Shown: positions 8,307 to 16,437 of the stretch, piece by piece
Layout of the letters: every line of letters starts with the position of its first letter
How positions within the stretch are numbered: the stretch's first letter is position 1
From: a virus
Lineage: Duplodnaviria; Caudoviricetes
IMG/VR virus record: IMGVR_UViG_3300037851_000504
Span: 1 to 26,649 of that record
DNA: 26,649 bases
Direction: 5' to 3' (one strand)
Translations under genes and position numbers: made by a program
The notes under the pieces: model-generated
What the model saw: the letters and a program-made list of their open reading frames with translations, nothing else
What the model was told of the DNA's origin: nothing
Databases searched by the model: none

Positions 8307-9044
8307 ATGGCCGTCCATCCGAATCGGTACCCGTATCCTGACGGCGGGTTTGCACGAGAGATAGACGCGCTCGAACTCGAGGGCCTCCAGGCGATCTCTG
8401 CGGCTGGATTCGCCAACGCGAGCGCGTTCGGCGCTGGCACTGTAGTCTCGGGCCAGCAGATCACCGGGGCGGGATTCGCAAACGCCAACGCGTTCGGCGC
8501 TGGCACAGTGAGCGGCAGCCAGCAGATCTCTGCGGCTGGATTCGCCAACGCGAGCGCGTTCGGCGCTGGCACTGTAGTCTCGGGCCAGCAGATCACCGGG
8601 GCGGGATTCGCAAACGCCAACGCGTTCGGCGCTGGCACAGTGAGCGGCAGCCAGCAGATCTCTGCGGCTGGATTCGCCAACGCGAGCGCGTTCGGCGCTG
8701 GGACTGTCTCTCACGGCGGGATCACCCCGCAAGAGCAAGCAGGCGGGATGCTCCTCCCGCTCACCTACCGCGTGGAGTTGTGCCCGACTCCTGCAATCTC
8801 GTCGTGCCTGTATTTCGGCACTGCGTCCCTGTGCCTGCAATCGAGCCTGCGGCCACGCATCACAGTCGGCTGCGCGCTCGCTGCTCCGGGGCGGGCGGAA
8901 GCCCAACTCTCGTTGCGGCTCAAGGCTCCTGCTGCCAGATGGGCAGCCAACAGCAGGCAGTCTGCCCGCGCGTGGTCGATCGATGTTCGGCAGGATCAGC
9001 TAGATGCCCTGACGGCCCTGGTCCTCTATGCCGACAGGGGTTGA
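8307..9044 (+). CDS. Repeat-containing fibre-like protein (22-aa GFANAxAFGAGTV repeats)
   Basis: Five 22-aa units (last partial); resembles GIxSxxAFGxxxV repeats of phage minor tail proteins. Confidence 0.75.
   Translation: MAVHPNRYPYPDGGFAREIDALELEGLQAISAAGFANASAFGAGTVVSGQQITGAGFANANAFGAGTVSGSQQISAAGFANASAFGAGTVVSGQQITGAGFANANAFGAGTVSGSQQISAAGFANASAFGAGTVSHGGITPQEQAGGMLLPLTYRVELCPTPAISSCLYFGTASLCLQSSLRPRITVGCALAAPGRAEAQLSLRLKAPAARWAANSRQSARAWSIDVRQDQLDALTALVLYADRG
8393..8701 (+). repeat. Perfect in-frame tandem repeat, 132-bp period (two diverged 66-bp halves), about 2.3 copies
   Basis: GATCTCTGCGGCTGGATTCGCC begins at 8393, 8525 and 8657; identity breaks at 8702. Confidence 0.97.
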
Positions 9045-9075
9045 CCCAACTCGCACTTGCCAAGAGAAATCCAAC
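9045..9075 (+). promoter_or_regulatory. Putative late promoter/operator motif, copy 2
   Basis: CCCAACTC-GCA-CTTGC-N11-CAAC, begins 48 nt before ATG 9093. Confidence 0.5.
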
Positions 9076-9092
9076 TGCCAACAACCTGAGGA

Positions 9093-10931
9093 ATGAGCCT
9101 CCGCTATCGTTTCGCCAAGGTTGACGCGACAGATGATGGAATCGTCCGGTGCGTAGCCTCGAGCGATGAACCCGTCGAAATGCCGGGATTTCGAGAGATT
9201 CTCTCACACGCTGATGGAGCCGTTGACGTGGATGCGGCCCGTTCTGTGCTCTTCAACCACGACCGGAATCAGCCGATCGGCAAAATCCGTTCATGCCGCG
9301 TCGATGGCGGCAAGCGTCTCTGTGCCGAACTTGAGATCAGCAAGGATGCCAGGGCAGCCAGCGGAGTTGCCCTGCTCGAGCTTGTGCGCTCAGGTGCGAT
9401 CGAAGGCGTCTCTGTCGGGTACGAGTATGCCGAAGAGGACGCCGAATACGATCAGCAGGCGCGGACTGTCACCGTAAAGCGGTGGAAGCTGCGCGAAATC
9501 TCGCTCACCCCAACACAGGCGGATGTCACCGCCAAAATCACCCAACGCGGGCTTCCGCCCGCATTCAAGGAAGCCCGAAAGGATCCAATCATGGCTGACA
9601 CCATCAAGCCCGAGGACGCCGCCGCGCAGATCAAGGCTGCGACCGAGCGCGCCTGCATCGCCGAAATGCGCCTCGACCTCTCCGACAAGGCCCGCGCGGC
9701 TGGCGTCGAGTGTGACTTCAGCGGCGTGACCACCCTCGAGGAGGGCATGTCGAGGATAATCGACAATATGCGCTCGAAGATCCCTGCCCCGGCTGCGCCG
9801 GTGAACAAGTCACCGAGCGTGATCGTGACTGCTGATGCGCAGGAAAAGTTCCGCTCCCGCTGCCACGACTCGCTGCTCCAGCGCGGCGGGATCGACCTCA
9901 AGGGCAAGCGCGTTTCTGATCCGATTGGCATCCGCGAGATGGCCCGCCGCTGCGCCAAGATCGATGGCGTCGAAGATTTCGACGACTGGTCTGACAGCGA
10001 GCAGAACTCCTGGATTTCCCGGCAGGCCCGCTACTTCGGCAAGCGCGACGCAGCCAACAAGGTCGCTGGCAGCTTCGCCGGAATCCTCGCCAACGCTGCC
10101 GAGGTCGCGCTGGCCGATGGATTTGACAGCTACCTCGACGTGACCTGGCCGACCTGGTGCTCGGTCGGCGAACTGCCTGATTTCAAGCAGGCGACGATCG
10201 CCGGTCTCGCCAGCGGATTCATGGCCGAGACTCCGGAAAACGTGGCCTTCCCCGAACTCACACAGAAGGACGCCAGCTACAACTCGACGCTCGGTATGTG
10301 GGGCGCCACGGTTTCGCTCACAGCGCAGATGATCGCGAACGACAGCCTCGGTGAGTTCATGCGCTCGCTGCGGATGGCTGGCGAGATCTATGCCGGGACC
10401 GTCGAAAAGGAAGTTTTCAAGGTCCTGCTCAACGCGACCTGGACGAGCGATACCGTCACCAGCGGATCAATCTCGTCCTCGGTCAACCTCGACCGCGCGC
10501 GCAAGGCACTGCTCGGGAAGCTCTCTCCGTCTGGCGAGAAAATGGGCCTTTCCCCGCGATTCCTGATCTGTGATCCCTCGCAGACCTCGTATGCGCAGCA
10601 GGCCACCGGCCAGATCTACTCTGGCGGTCAGACCTTCGCGCCCAGCACGCAGAGCCGCGCCATCCAGGTGATCGAGTCGGTCTACGTCAGCGATACGAAC
10701 CTCCTGTCCGGCGCCCTCTATACCGACTGGTATCTCGTCGCTGCCCGCACCGATCGCGTGCGCGTCAACTTCTGGCGCGGTCAGCGCGGCCCGATGATCG
10801 TCCCCTTCGACGCCGGTGCTGTCGCCGCCGAAAAGTGGAAGATCATGGGCGCTTTTGACGCCGTAGTCGCGACCCACACCGACAGTGCCGCCGCCTCTCG
10901 CGTGAGCGGAATCGTCAAGGCCACCGCCTAA
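9093..10931 (+). CDS. HK97-type prohead protease fused to scaffold and major capsid protein (Mu gpT-like)
   Basis: Protease motifs VLFNHD, GVSVGY, LREISL...QAD; capsid motifs FAGILAN, LPDFK, GATVSLTAQMIANDSLG, PRFLIC, DWYL, C-terminal GIVK; GAGG upstream. Confidence 0.9.
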   Translation: MSLRYRFAKVDATDDGIVRCVASSDEPVEMPGFREILSHADGAVDVDAARSVLFNHDRNQPIGKIRSCRVDGGKRLCAELEISKDARAASGVALLELVRSGAIEGVSVGYEYAEEDAEYDQQARTVTVKRWKLREISLTPTQADVTAKITQRGLPPAFKEARKDPIMADTIKPEDAAAQIKAATERACIAEMRLDLSDKARAAGVECDFSGVTTLEEGMSRIIDNMRSKIPAPAAPVNKSPSVIVTADAQEKFRSRCHDSLLQRGGIDLKGKRVSDPIGIREMARRCAKIDGVEDFDDWSDSEQNSWISRQARYFGKRDAANKVAGSFAGILANAAEVALADGFDSYLDVTWPTWCSVGELPDFKQATIAGLASGFMAETPENVAFPELTQKDASYNSTLGMWGATVSLTAQMIANDSLGEFMRSLRMAGEIYAGTVEKEVFKVLLNATWTSDTVTSGSISSSVNLDRARKALLGKLSPSGEKMGLSPRFLICDPSQTSYAQQATGQIYSGGQTFAPSTQSRAIQVIESVYVSDTNLLSGALYTDWYLVAARTDRVRVNFWRGQRGPMIVPFDAGAVAAEKWKIMGAFDAVVATHTDSAAASRVSGIVKATA

Positions 10932-10953
10932 CCCAAAGACTTAGGAGCCAACC

Positions 10954-11325
10954 ATGGGAATCACCGTCCACGATTTCTCGGGCGTCATCGAAACCAACGT
11001 CTATACGTCCACCGTTGCGGTGAACGATTGGGTGAAGGTACAGGACACCTACGGCGTGGCGCAGAATGCGATCACCTCTGCCTCTGCATCTGGCACCCTG
11101 CGCCTGCTGATCGGCGGCGGCGGATCGAAACTGCTCAAAGGCGTGACCAAGAGCACTGCTGCCGCCTGGCTCGTCGGAGACGCGATCTACTACGAGGCGA
11201 CCGCCGCGAAGTTTGTCGCGACCTCCACGACCTCGACTGTGGTCGCTGGCGTCTGCGCCAGTGCGGCGAGCGATGCCGCGACCACTGGCGACGTCGTGAT
11301 TTCCGCTCCTGCCCACTCGTTCTAG
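10954..11325 (+). CDS. DUF2190-family capsid cement/decoration protein
   Basis: AGGAG RBS; YGVA...AWLVGDAIYY...AGVCASAA pattern directly after the capsid gene. Confidence 0.75.
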   Translation: MGITVHDFSGVIETNVYTSTVAVNDWVKVQDTYGVAQNAITSASASGTLRLLIGGGGSKLLKGVTKSTAAAWLVGDAIYYEATAAKFVATSTTSTVVAGVCASAASDAATTGDVVISAPAHSF

Positions 11326-11410
11326 CCGCGAACCTCCGCTCCCCGCCGGGAGTGCGGCCTAGTGCTCGTCTGGTCCCCCTGCGGCGGCAGGGGCGCACCG
11401 CTCGGAGGGC
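11326..11410 (+). promoter_or_regulatory. GC-rich structured intergenic region (terminator/attenuator-like hairpins)
   Basis: CTCCC/GGGAG (11339-11352) and CCCCTGC-GGCG-GCAGGGG (11376-11393) stems; no U-tract. Confidence 0.4.
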
Positions 11411-11413
11411 AAC

Positions 11414-12133
11414 GTGCTCGCAGGCGAAGCAGTCTCCCTGGTCGTTTTCCGCCAGACTGCGGCAGGAGCGCCAGGCACGGCGAATACATTCTCGGTCGAT
11501 GCGTTCGTGAACGGCACCAGTTATTCGGCTGGTGCCGTCGCTACTTCCCTGGGGAATACCGCAGACGGCCTGTGGCACGCGTGGAAAATCGCGGTGACTC
11601 TATCCAGCACATCAGGGGAGAACGTGCTGCGTATCGCAGCTGCGAGCGGGACAGACGTTGTTGAGCCGTCGATCTGGACTGGCGAGGCAGAAAGCTACGA
11701 CGCAGATGCTCTCGCAGGTCTGCTGCTCACGTCGCAGGGGACTCCTGCTGTCCGCTCTGCCTCTGACTCCGATCTAGGCCAGGTTGTTGACGGCGATTCG
11801 TACATGAGCGACACGCTGACGGTGCCGCTCGGCAAGTTGACTCCACTTGGCTATTCCAGCCTGTCTCCGTTCACGATCAGCGTTGCCGCGAAATCGGGGA
11901 ACACGACTGCCGCTGCGACTTCCTTCTCCTCTGCGTCGATAGTCAGTTCGACTGGCCTTACCTACAAGTTCGGATGGAGCGCATTCCCTTCCGACATGAA
12001 CCTGGCAACTGGAGAGGACTCCAAGGACTGGTATATTGACGTCCAGTTCAAGGACACCAGCACAAGCCCGGCCACGGTGATAACTGGCGGCAGATATCGC
12101 CTGACGGTCGTTTGGGAACGAAACGAGGCGTGA
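11414..12133 (+). CDS. Putative virion adaptor protein with C-terminal BppU-N/Ig-like domain
   Basis: GGAGG RBS plus GTG; Ser/Thr-rich, beta-rich; ends WYIDVQF...VITGGRYRLTV. Confidence 0.6.
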   Translation: MLAGEAVSLVVFRQTAAGAPGTANTFSVDAFVNGTSYSAGAVATSLGNTADGLWHAWKIAVTLSSTSGENVLRIAAASGTDVVEPSIWTGEAESYDADALAGLLLTSQGTPAVRSASDSDLGQVVDGDSYMSDTLTVPLGKLTPLGYSSLSPFTISVAAKSGNTTAAATSFSSASIVSSTGLTYKFGWSAFPSDMNLATGEDSKDWYIDVQFKDTSTSPATVITGGRYRLTVVWERNEA

Positions 12134-12134
12134 T

Positions 12135-13646
12135 ATGGGCGGTCTGATCGGAGTCGGAATCGCGGTTCCCTCGGGTTTTGTGAAGGGCGCGGCGTCGCTT
12201 TCGACAAGCTCTGTCCTCACGAAGATCACTGCCAGCGGCACGATCGGCGAGAGTCTGATCGCGCAAGGCTCGATAACCGGCCTGCTGACGATCGCCAAGA
12301 GCGGATCTACCGCGCGAACGGCCACGTTTCCAGATCGTGCTATTTCCGTCGCCGGAACTGGCGCCGCTACCACCAACGGCACTATCGCTAAGTTTGATTC
12401 CAGCGGCAATCTAACTGATTCGCTCTTGATCGACGGTGTTGGTACTGGGGCGTTGACGATTGCTAAGAGCGGAACGACTGCCAGAACGGCTACGTTCCCC
12501 GATGCGGCGATCACCGTCGCCGGGTCAGCCTCTGCGCTCACCAGCGGGCGCGTGCCTTATGCAACTACTGGCGGATTGCTTACGGACAGTGCGTCTGGTG
12601 TTTTGTTCAACGGCACCGAAATGGGCATTGGCGCTGCGCCAACCGTAGGCAATGGACTCCTGCAACTCGCTTCTGGTTCGGGAAAAGCGACCGGAATTGC
12701 GTTCGGCACCGACGTATTTCTGTATCGCTCTTCTACCGCTACGATCACCGAAACTGCGAACTTTCACTTCCTAGGTGACGGCACCGGCCAGACATACCAG
12801 GCCGTAGTTGGCGCATCTGGATACTATCGCGAGTTCCGTTTCCATACTGGAACTGATGCTGTAAGTGGATTGCGCTGGAGGTTGGCAGCGAACTCCACGG
12901 TGGAATCCGGCTCCAACGCTGGATCTGATTTTGTTTTCCAGGCCAGGGATGATGCTGGCAGCCTGGTAGGAGACGCGCTGACTATTACGCGCTCCAATCT
13001 GAAAGTGTCTTGCGGCAGCACAACCGACGCCACAAGCACAACAGCTGCGGCACTCGTTCTCGCTGGCGGATTAGGCGTAGCCAAAAAAGCGTATTTTGGA
13101 GATACCACCTCTGCAACCTCATCCACCGCAGCGGCAGTAGTCCTCTCTGGCGGTCTTGCCACTGCCAACGCAAAAGACATATTCTGTGGCGGTCGGGTGC
13201 TAGAGGACGGTTGTTTTGCGGAAATCCATGTCCACGACGCGAGTGCCGCACAGACGATCACTACTGGATCCACCTACACGAAATCAACTGCGTTCACCGA
13301 CAACGGCCCAGCGTCCAACTGCACGGCTGACGCATCGAACGACAAGATCACGCTGACCAAGGCGGGATACTACCGCGTGGAAGGAAGCGTCTCGTTCACC
13401 ACCAACACCAACAACGTTACTGTGAAGGCAGCGGCGTTCCTCGGCGGAACCGAGCAGGACAACGCGCATTGCGAACGGAAGATCGGGACGAGTTCGGACA
13501 TCGGAAACATGAGCTTCACTGGCATCATCGACAACACGACTGCGAACACTGATCTCGATCTGCGCTTTGCGCATGACTACGGCTCGGATATTACCGTCAC
13601 CGCGAAATACATGACTCTCAACGTTAGCTATCTTGGTGAGACTTGA
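12135..13646 (+). CDS. Fibre protein with internal repeats and C1q/BclA-like C-terminal head
   Basis: 56-aa repeat LTIAKSGxTARTATFPD; RW...ESGSNAGSDF...DDAG fibre motif; two TTxATSxTAAAxVLxGGL repeats; ITLTKAGYYRVEGSVSF head motif. Confidence 0.75.
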   Translation: MGGLIGVGIAVPSGFVKGAASLSTSSVLTKITASGTIGESLIAQGSITGLLTIAKSGSTARTATFPDRAISVAGTGAATTNGTIAKFDSSGNLTDSLLIDGVGTGALTIAKSGTTARTATFPDAAITVAGSASALTSGRVPYATTGGLLTDSASGVLFNGTEMGIGAAPTVGNGLLQLASGSGKATGIAFGTDVFLYRSSTATITETANFHFLGDGTGQTYQAVVGASGYYREFRFHTGTDAVSGLRWRLAANSTVESGSNAGSDFVFQARDDAGSLVGDALTITRSNLKVSCGSTTDATSTTAAALVLAGGLGVAKKAYFGDTTSATSSTAAAVVLSGGLATANAKDIFCGGRVLEDGCFAEIHVHDASAAQTITTGSTYTKSTAFTDNGPASNCTADASNDKITLTKAGYYRVEGSVSFTTNTNNVTVKAAAFLGGTEQDNAHCERKIGTSSDIGNMSFTGIIDNTTANTDLDLRFAHDYGSDITVTAKYMTLNVSYLGET

Positions 13647-13649
13647 TTC

Positions 13650-14459
13650 ATGGACGTGACGCTAGAGCAGTTCGGTGGGGGACCAAACGCGGCTGACAAT
13701 ACTCCTGCGCTCGTTATGGCATTGGCACAACCCACAGATTCCCTGGTGATCCGCCTGCGCGGCATCTACAGTTTCACCACGCGACCTCCCGTGATAACCA
13801 AGACGTTGCAGTTCGAGGGCGAGTCGGCCTCGCGTACGCAGTTGCGCAAGTGCTACCTGGAGGGCGACGCGAACGCTGGATTCATCGAGTTCCGTGGGCA
13901 TGAGGCTCGCGGATCATCACTGCGCCGTCTGACTGTCGCTGCGTCTGCCGAGTCTCGCGGCGGAAGCATGGTGAAGTTTTCTGGCGACATGAATGTCGGT
14001 GGACCGGGATACTGCACGATTGACGACATCGTCGTGACCTACTCCGAAGGCGGGCATTATTCTCGCGCCCTCTACTTGGCTGGCCTTGACCTGTGCGCCC
14101 AAGGCGGTCCTGGCCTGCGCGATCTGCGCGTCTCCCGTTCGTTCTTCTTTGCTCCGAGCGGAAGCGAGTGGGACATCGTGCGCCTCGACAACGCGGTGAA
14201 CTGCTTCTTCACCGACAACTGGTGCAACGGAAACTGGCTCATATCTGGTCTGCCAAAGGAAGGCGGGCGTTCACAGGTCGTTCAGATGAACGGCAACATC
14301 ATCCTCGGATACACCTACGTCATGCACGCGCAACGTGTTCGGATCTCTGGTGAATCGCATTTGCTTATCATCCATAGTTCAGCAGACCGCATACGTTTCG
14401 ACGGCATATGTGCGTCATACTCGAACTACTCCGTAACCTCCGTCGTGAATGCGAACTGA
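13650..14459 (+). CDS. Pectin-lyase-like right-handed beta-helix protein (tailspike/depolymerase-like)
   Basis: N-terminal VTLEQFGG...DNTPAL cap resembling Pectate_lyase_3; G.Y....P..I....L.FEGE pattern; periodic beta strands with Asn ladder. Confidence 0.6.
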   Translation: MDVTLEQFGGGPNAADNTPALVMALAQPTDSLVIRLRGIYSFTTRPPVITKTLQFEGESASRTQLRKCYLEGDANAGFIEFRGHEARGSSLRRLTVAASAESRGGSMVKFSGDMNVGGPGYCTIDDIVVTYSEGGHYSRALYLAGLDLCAQGGPGLRDLRVSRSFFFAPSGSEWDIVRLDNAVNCFFTDNWCNGNWLISGLPKEGGRSQVVQMNGNIILGYTYVMHAQRVRISGESHLLIIHSSADRIRFDGICASYSNYSVTSVVNAN

Positions 14460-14460
14460 C

Positions 14461-14640
14461 ATGACCTACGCCCAAGCCCTCGAAATCCTTGCCCAGTCGG
14501 TAGCCCGCGCTCCGATGGTCCTCTCTGATCACCAGCTTGCGCAGCAGGCGTTGATCGCTCTTTCGGAGTTGATCAAGAGCCTGGAGGCCGACCAGAAGGC
14601 TGCCGATCGGGTAAAAGAACAGGTTGCGAAGGGTGGCTGA
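14461..14640 (+). CDS. Small helical hypothetical protein, 59 aa (possible fibre chaperone)
   Basis: ATG 1 nt after previous stop; TGATG overlap with next gene. Confidence 0.65.
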   Translation: MTYAQALEILAQSVARAPMVLSDHQLAQQALIALSELIKSLEADQKAADRVKEQVAKGG

Positions 14641-15032
14641 TGGAACCGCTCACGCTGAACTGGCCGGTTCTTGGCGCAGTAGCGACCAGCCTGTGTGCGG
14701 TGATCGTCGCACTCTACCGAGCGCAGGCGGTGGCTGCGAAGCGCATATCGGTCGAGCACGCAGAACTCGTGCGCCGTGTCCGCGTCCTGGAGGACGATCG
14801 CGCCGCAGTCCAGAAGGAACAGGCGCAACGATACCATGATCTGGTGCTCAAGCAGCTGGCTTCCCAGCACGCGTTGACAGAAGTGCTCAAGAGCGAAAAG
14901 GAAATGCTCCGTCAACTCATCGCCATGCTCGGATCAAGGCCGTGCCTGCGCGACGAGCCGATGCCGCAGACCGGGAGATATCGCAACCCGGCGACAGACG
15001 ATACCGCGATAATGCCTGGAGCCATTATATGA
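14640..15032 (+). CDS. Single-TM coiled-coil membrane protein, holin-like
   Basis: Hydrophobic WPVLGAVATSLCAVIVALY followed by heptad-rich helix; adjacent to a lipoprotein gene. Confidence 0.55.
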   Translation: MEPLTLNWPVLGAVATSLCAVIVALYRAQAVAAKRISVEHAELVRRVRVLEDDRAAVQKEQAQRYHDLVLKQLASQHALTEVLKSEKEMLRQLIAMLGSRPCLRDEPMPQTGRYRNPATDDTAIMPGAII

Positions 15033-15565
15033 ACCGAATCGCCATCGTTTTCCTCGTGTCCGTTATCCTGTGCGGATGCACCGAGGAGCAGATCCGCCAG
15101 GCTCAGCAGGCCGCATCAACGGCAAAGCAGGCAGTGGCCGCAGCTGAGACCGCACTTGCTGCGGCCAAGCAGTTCGCAGAGCTCACCAAGAGCGAGCAGG
15201 CGCAATCTGCCGTGGCACAGGCCGAGGGCAGCCTTGCCCTCGCCAGGGCAGCTGCCGAGCGGGCCGATAGCGCCGTCCAGGCTGCCGCAGAGGCGCAGGG
15301 CGCTGGCGCTGGAACTCTCGAGACACTACTCGCCGCTGCTGCCGCTGCTGGCCTACCGCTGGCTGGCTGGATCGGTGCCTGGCTCCGTAGTCGCAGGCTA
15401 GGTCGCGCGTTTGAGCAGACGGTCGCTGGAGTCGAGCAGGCTCGCGGGATCGTCGGCGAGCAGAACTGGAAGGGCCTTGTCGCACCAGCGCTCCAGGGCG
15501 CGCAGGACGAGGATGTTCGGGCACTCGTAGAGGCAATTCAGTCACGGCTAAGGCGGACGAGATAA
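15029..15565 (+). CDS. Lipoprotein with Ala-rich coiled coil and second hydrophobic segment (spanin-like), 178 aa
   Basis: ATGA overlap; MNRIAIVFLVSVILCG|C signal and lipobox; LLAAAAAAGLPLAGWIGAWL then RSRR. Confidence 0.65.
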   Translation: MNRIAIVFLVSVILCGCTEEQIRQAQQAASTAKQAVAAAETALAAAKQFAELTKSEQAQSAVAQAEGSLALARAAAERADSAVQAAAEAQGAGAGTLETLLAAAAAAGLPLAGWIGAWLRSRRLGRAFEQTVAGVEQARGIVGEQNWKGLVAPALQGAQDEDVRALVEAIQSRLRRTR

Positions 15566-15568
15566 CGC

Positions 15569-15964
15569 GTGACGATCCGTGACGACATCGCATCTGCACT
15601 CCGATCTGTGGTAAGCTCCACAGTAGGGATCGGCTCTGCCTGGACGTACTACAAGCGGACCAGCGGGCCTAGCACCAGGCCGGAAGTCTTTGCGACCGGA
15701 GTTTCGTTCGACGCCCACCAGTTCGGCATCAGCGAATCACAGGAGTACGACGACGCGCGAGGCGTCCACAAGCTTGTGATCCGGTGCGGCCTCCGCTGCT
15801 CTGATGCCGTGGTTCTGCACCACGGAGACAGGGCGAAGGACTCTTCTGGAATATATTGGGAAATCGCCGGAATACGCTCTAGCGGGGTCGGGGTGATCAC
15901 ATACGATCTTTCGCGAGTTGTGCCGACAAAGGCTGAGCCGCAGGATAGAGGCGGTGGCGCATGA
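15569..15964 (+). CDS. Putative head-closure / head-tail adaptor protein
   Basis: Size, position and L..GD......G..WEI.....GV....Y.L pattern. Confidence 0.55.
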   Translation: MTIRDDIASALRSVVSSTVGIGSAWTYYKRTSGPSTRPEVFATGVSFDAHQFGISESQEYDDARGVHKLVIRCGLRCSDAVVLHHGDRAKDSSGIYWEIAGIRSSGVGVITYDLSRVVPTKAEPQDRGGGA

Positions 15965-16434
15965 GCCTGACGAATCCTCCTCCAGCCGTGTCTGCTCTCG
16001 CCAGCATGCTTGCGGCATGCCCGAGCATCACTGCTCTATCTATCAGCACCACGGCAGGAATGTGGTTCCCGAACGCTCCGAACGAGTCTCTGGATAGCTA
16101 TTCGGCTCACACACTCGCGGCAAAGCCGTATCTTGTTCTTGCAGAGACGGATTGCGTGCGGCGTAGATTCGCTGAACAGGGCGCGACTCCTGCTTTCAGC
16201 GGGACACTGAAGGTCGATATTTTCAGTGACACAAAGACAACCGGGGAAATGGAGATCCTCGGAAGGAACGTGTGCTCGGAACTTCTCTCACAGTCAACCG
16301 GCCTCCCCTTGCGCTCAGCATCATCCGATCTGGCGAACGAGCCGGAACCTGGGCAGCGCGCAGCTGACGAGGATGTGTCCGCAGCCTCTTTCACCTCGAT
16401 AACTGTGATCGTGGAATACGGAATAGAAGGATAG
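15961..16434 (+). CDS. Putative tail terminator (gp17/gpU-like)
   Basis: Position before tube; PYLVL...TLKVDIFS...LGRNVCSEL pattern; ATGA overlap. Confidence 0.55.
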   Translation: MSLTNPPPAVSALASMLAACPSITALSISTTAGMWFPNAPNESLDSYSAHTLAAKPYLVLAETDCVRRRFAEQGATPAFSGTLKVDIFSDTKTTGEMEILGRNVCSELLSQSTGLPLRSASSDLANEPEPGQRAADEDVSAASFTSITVIVEYGIEG

Positions 16435-16437
16435 CCC

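Noticed and set aside
8393-8701. CRISPR array
   Set aside because: No unique spacers; units are in-frame multiples of 3 inside a CDS; no cas genes
9041-9070. Sigma70 promoter from TTGACC at 9041
   Set aside because: No acceptable -10 hexamer at 16-18 nt spacing
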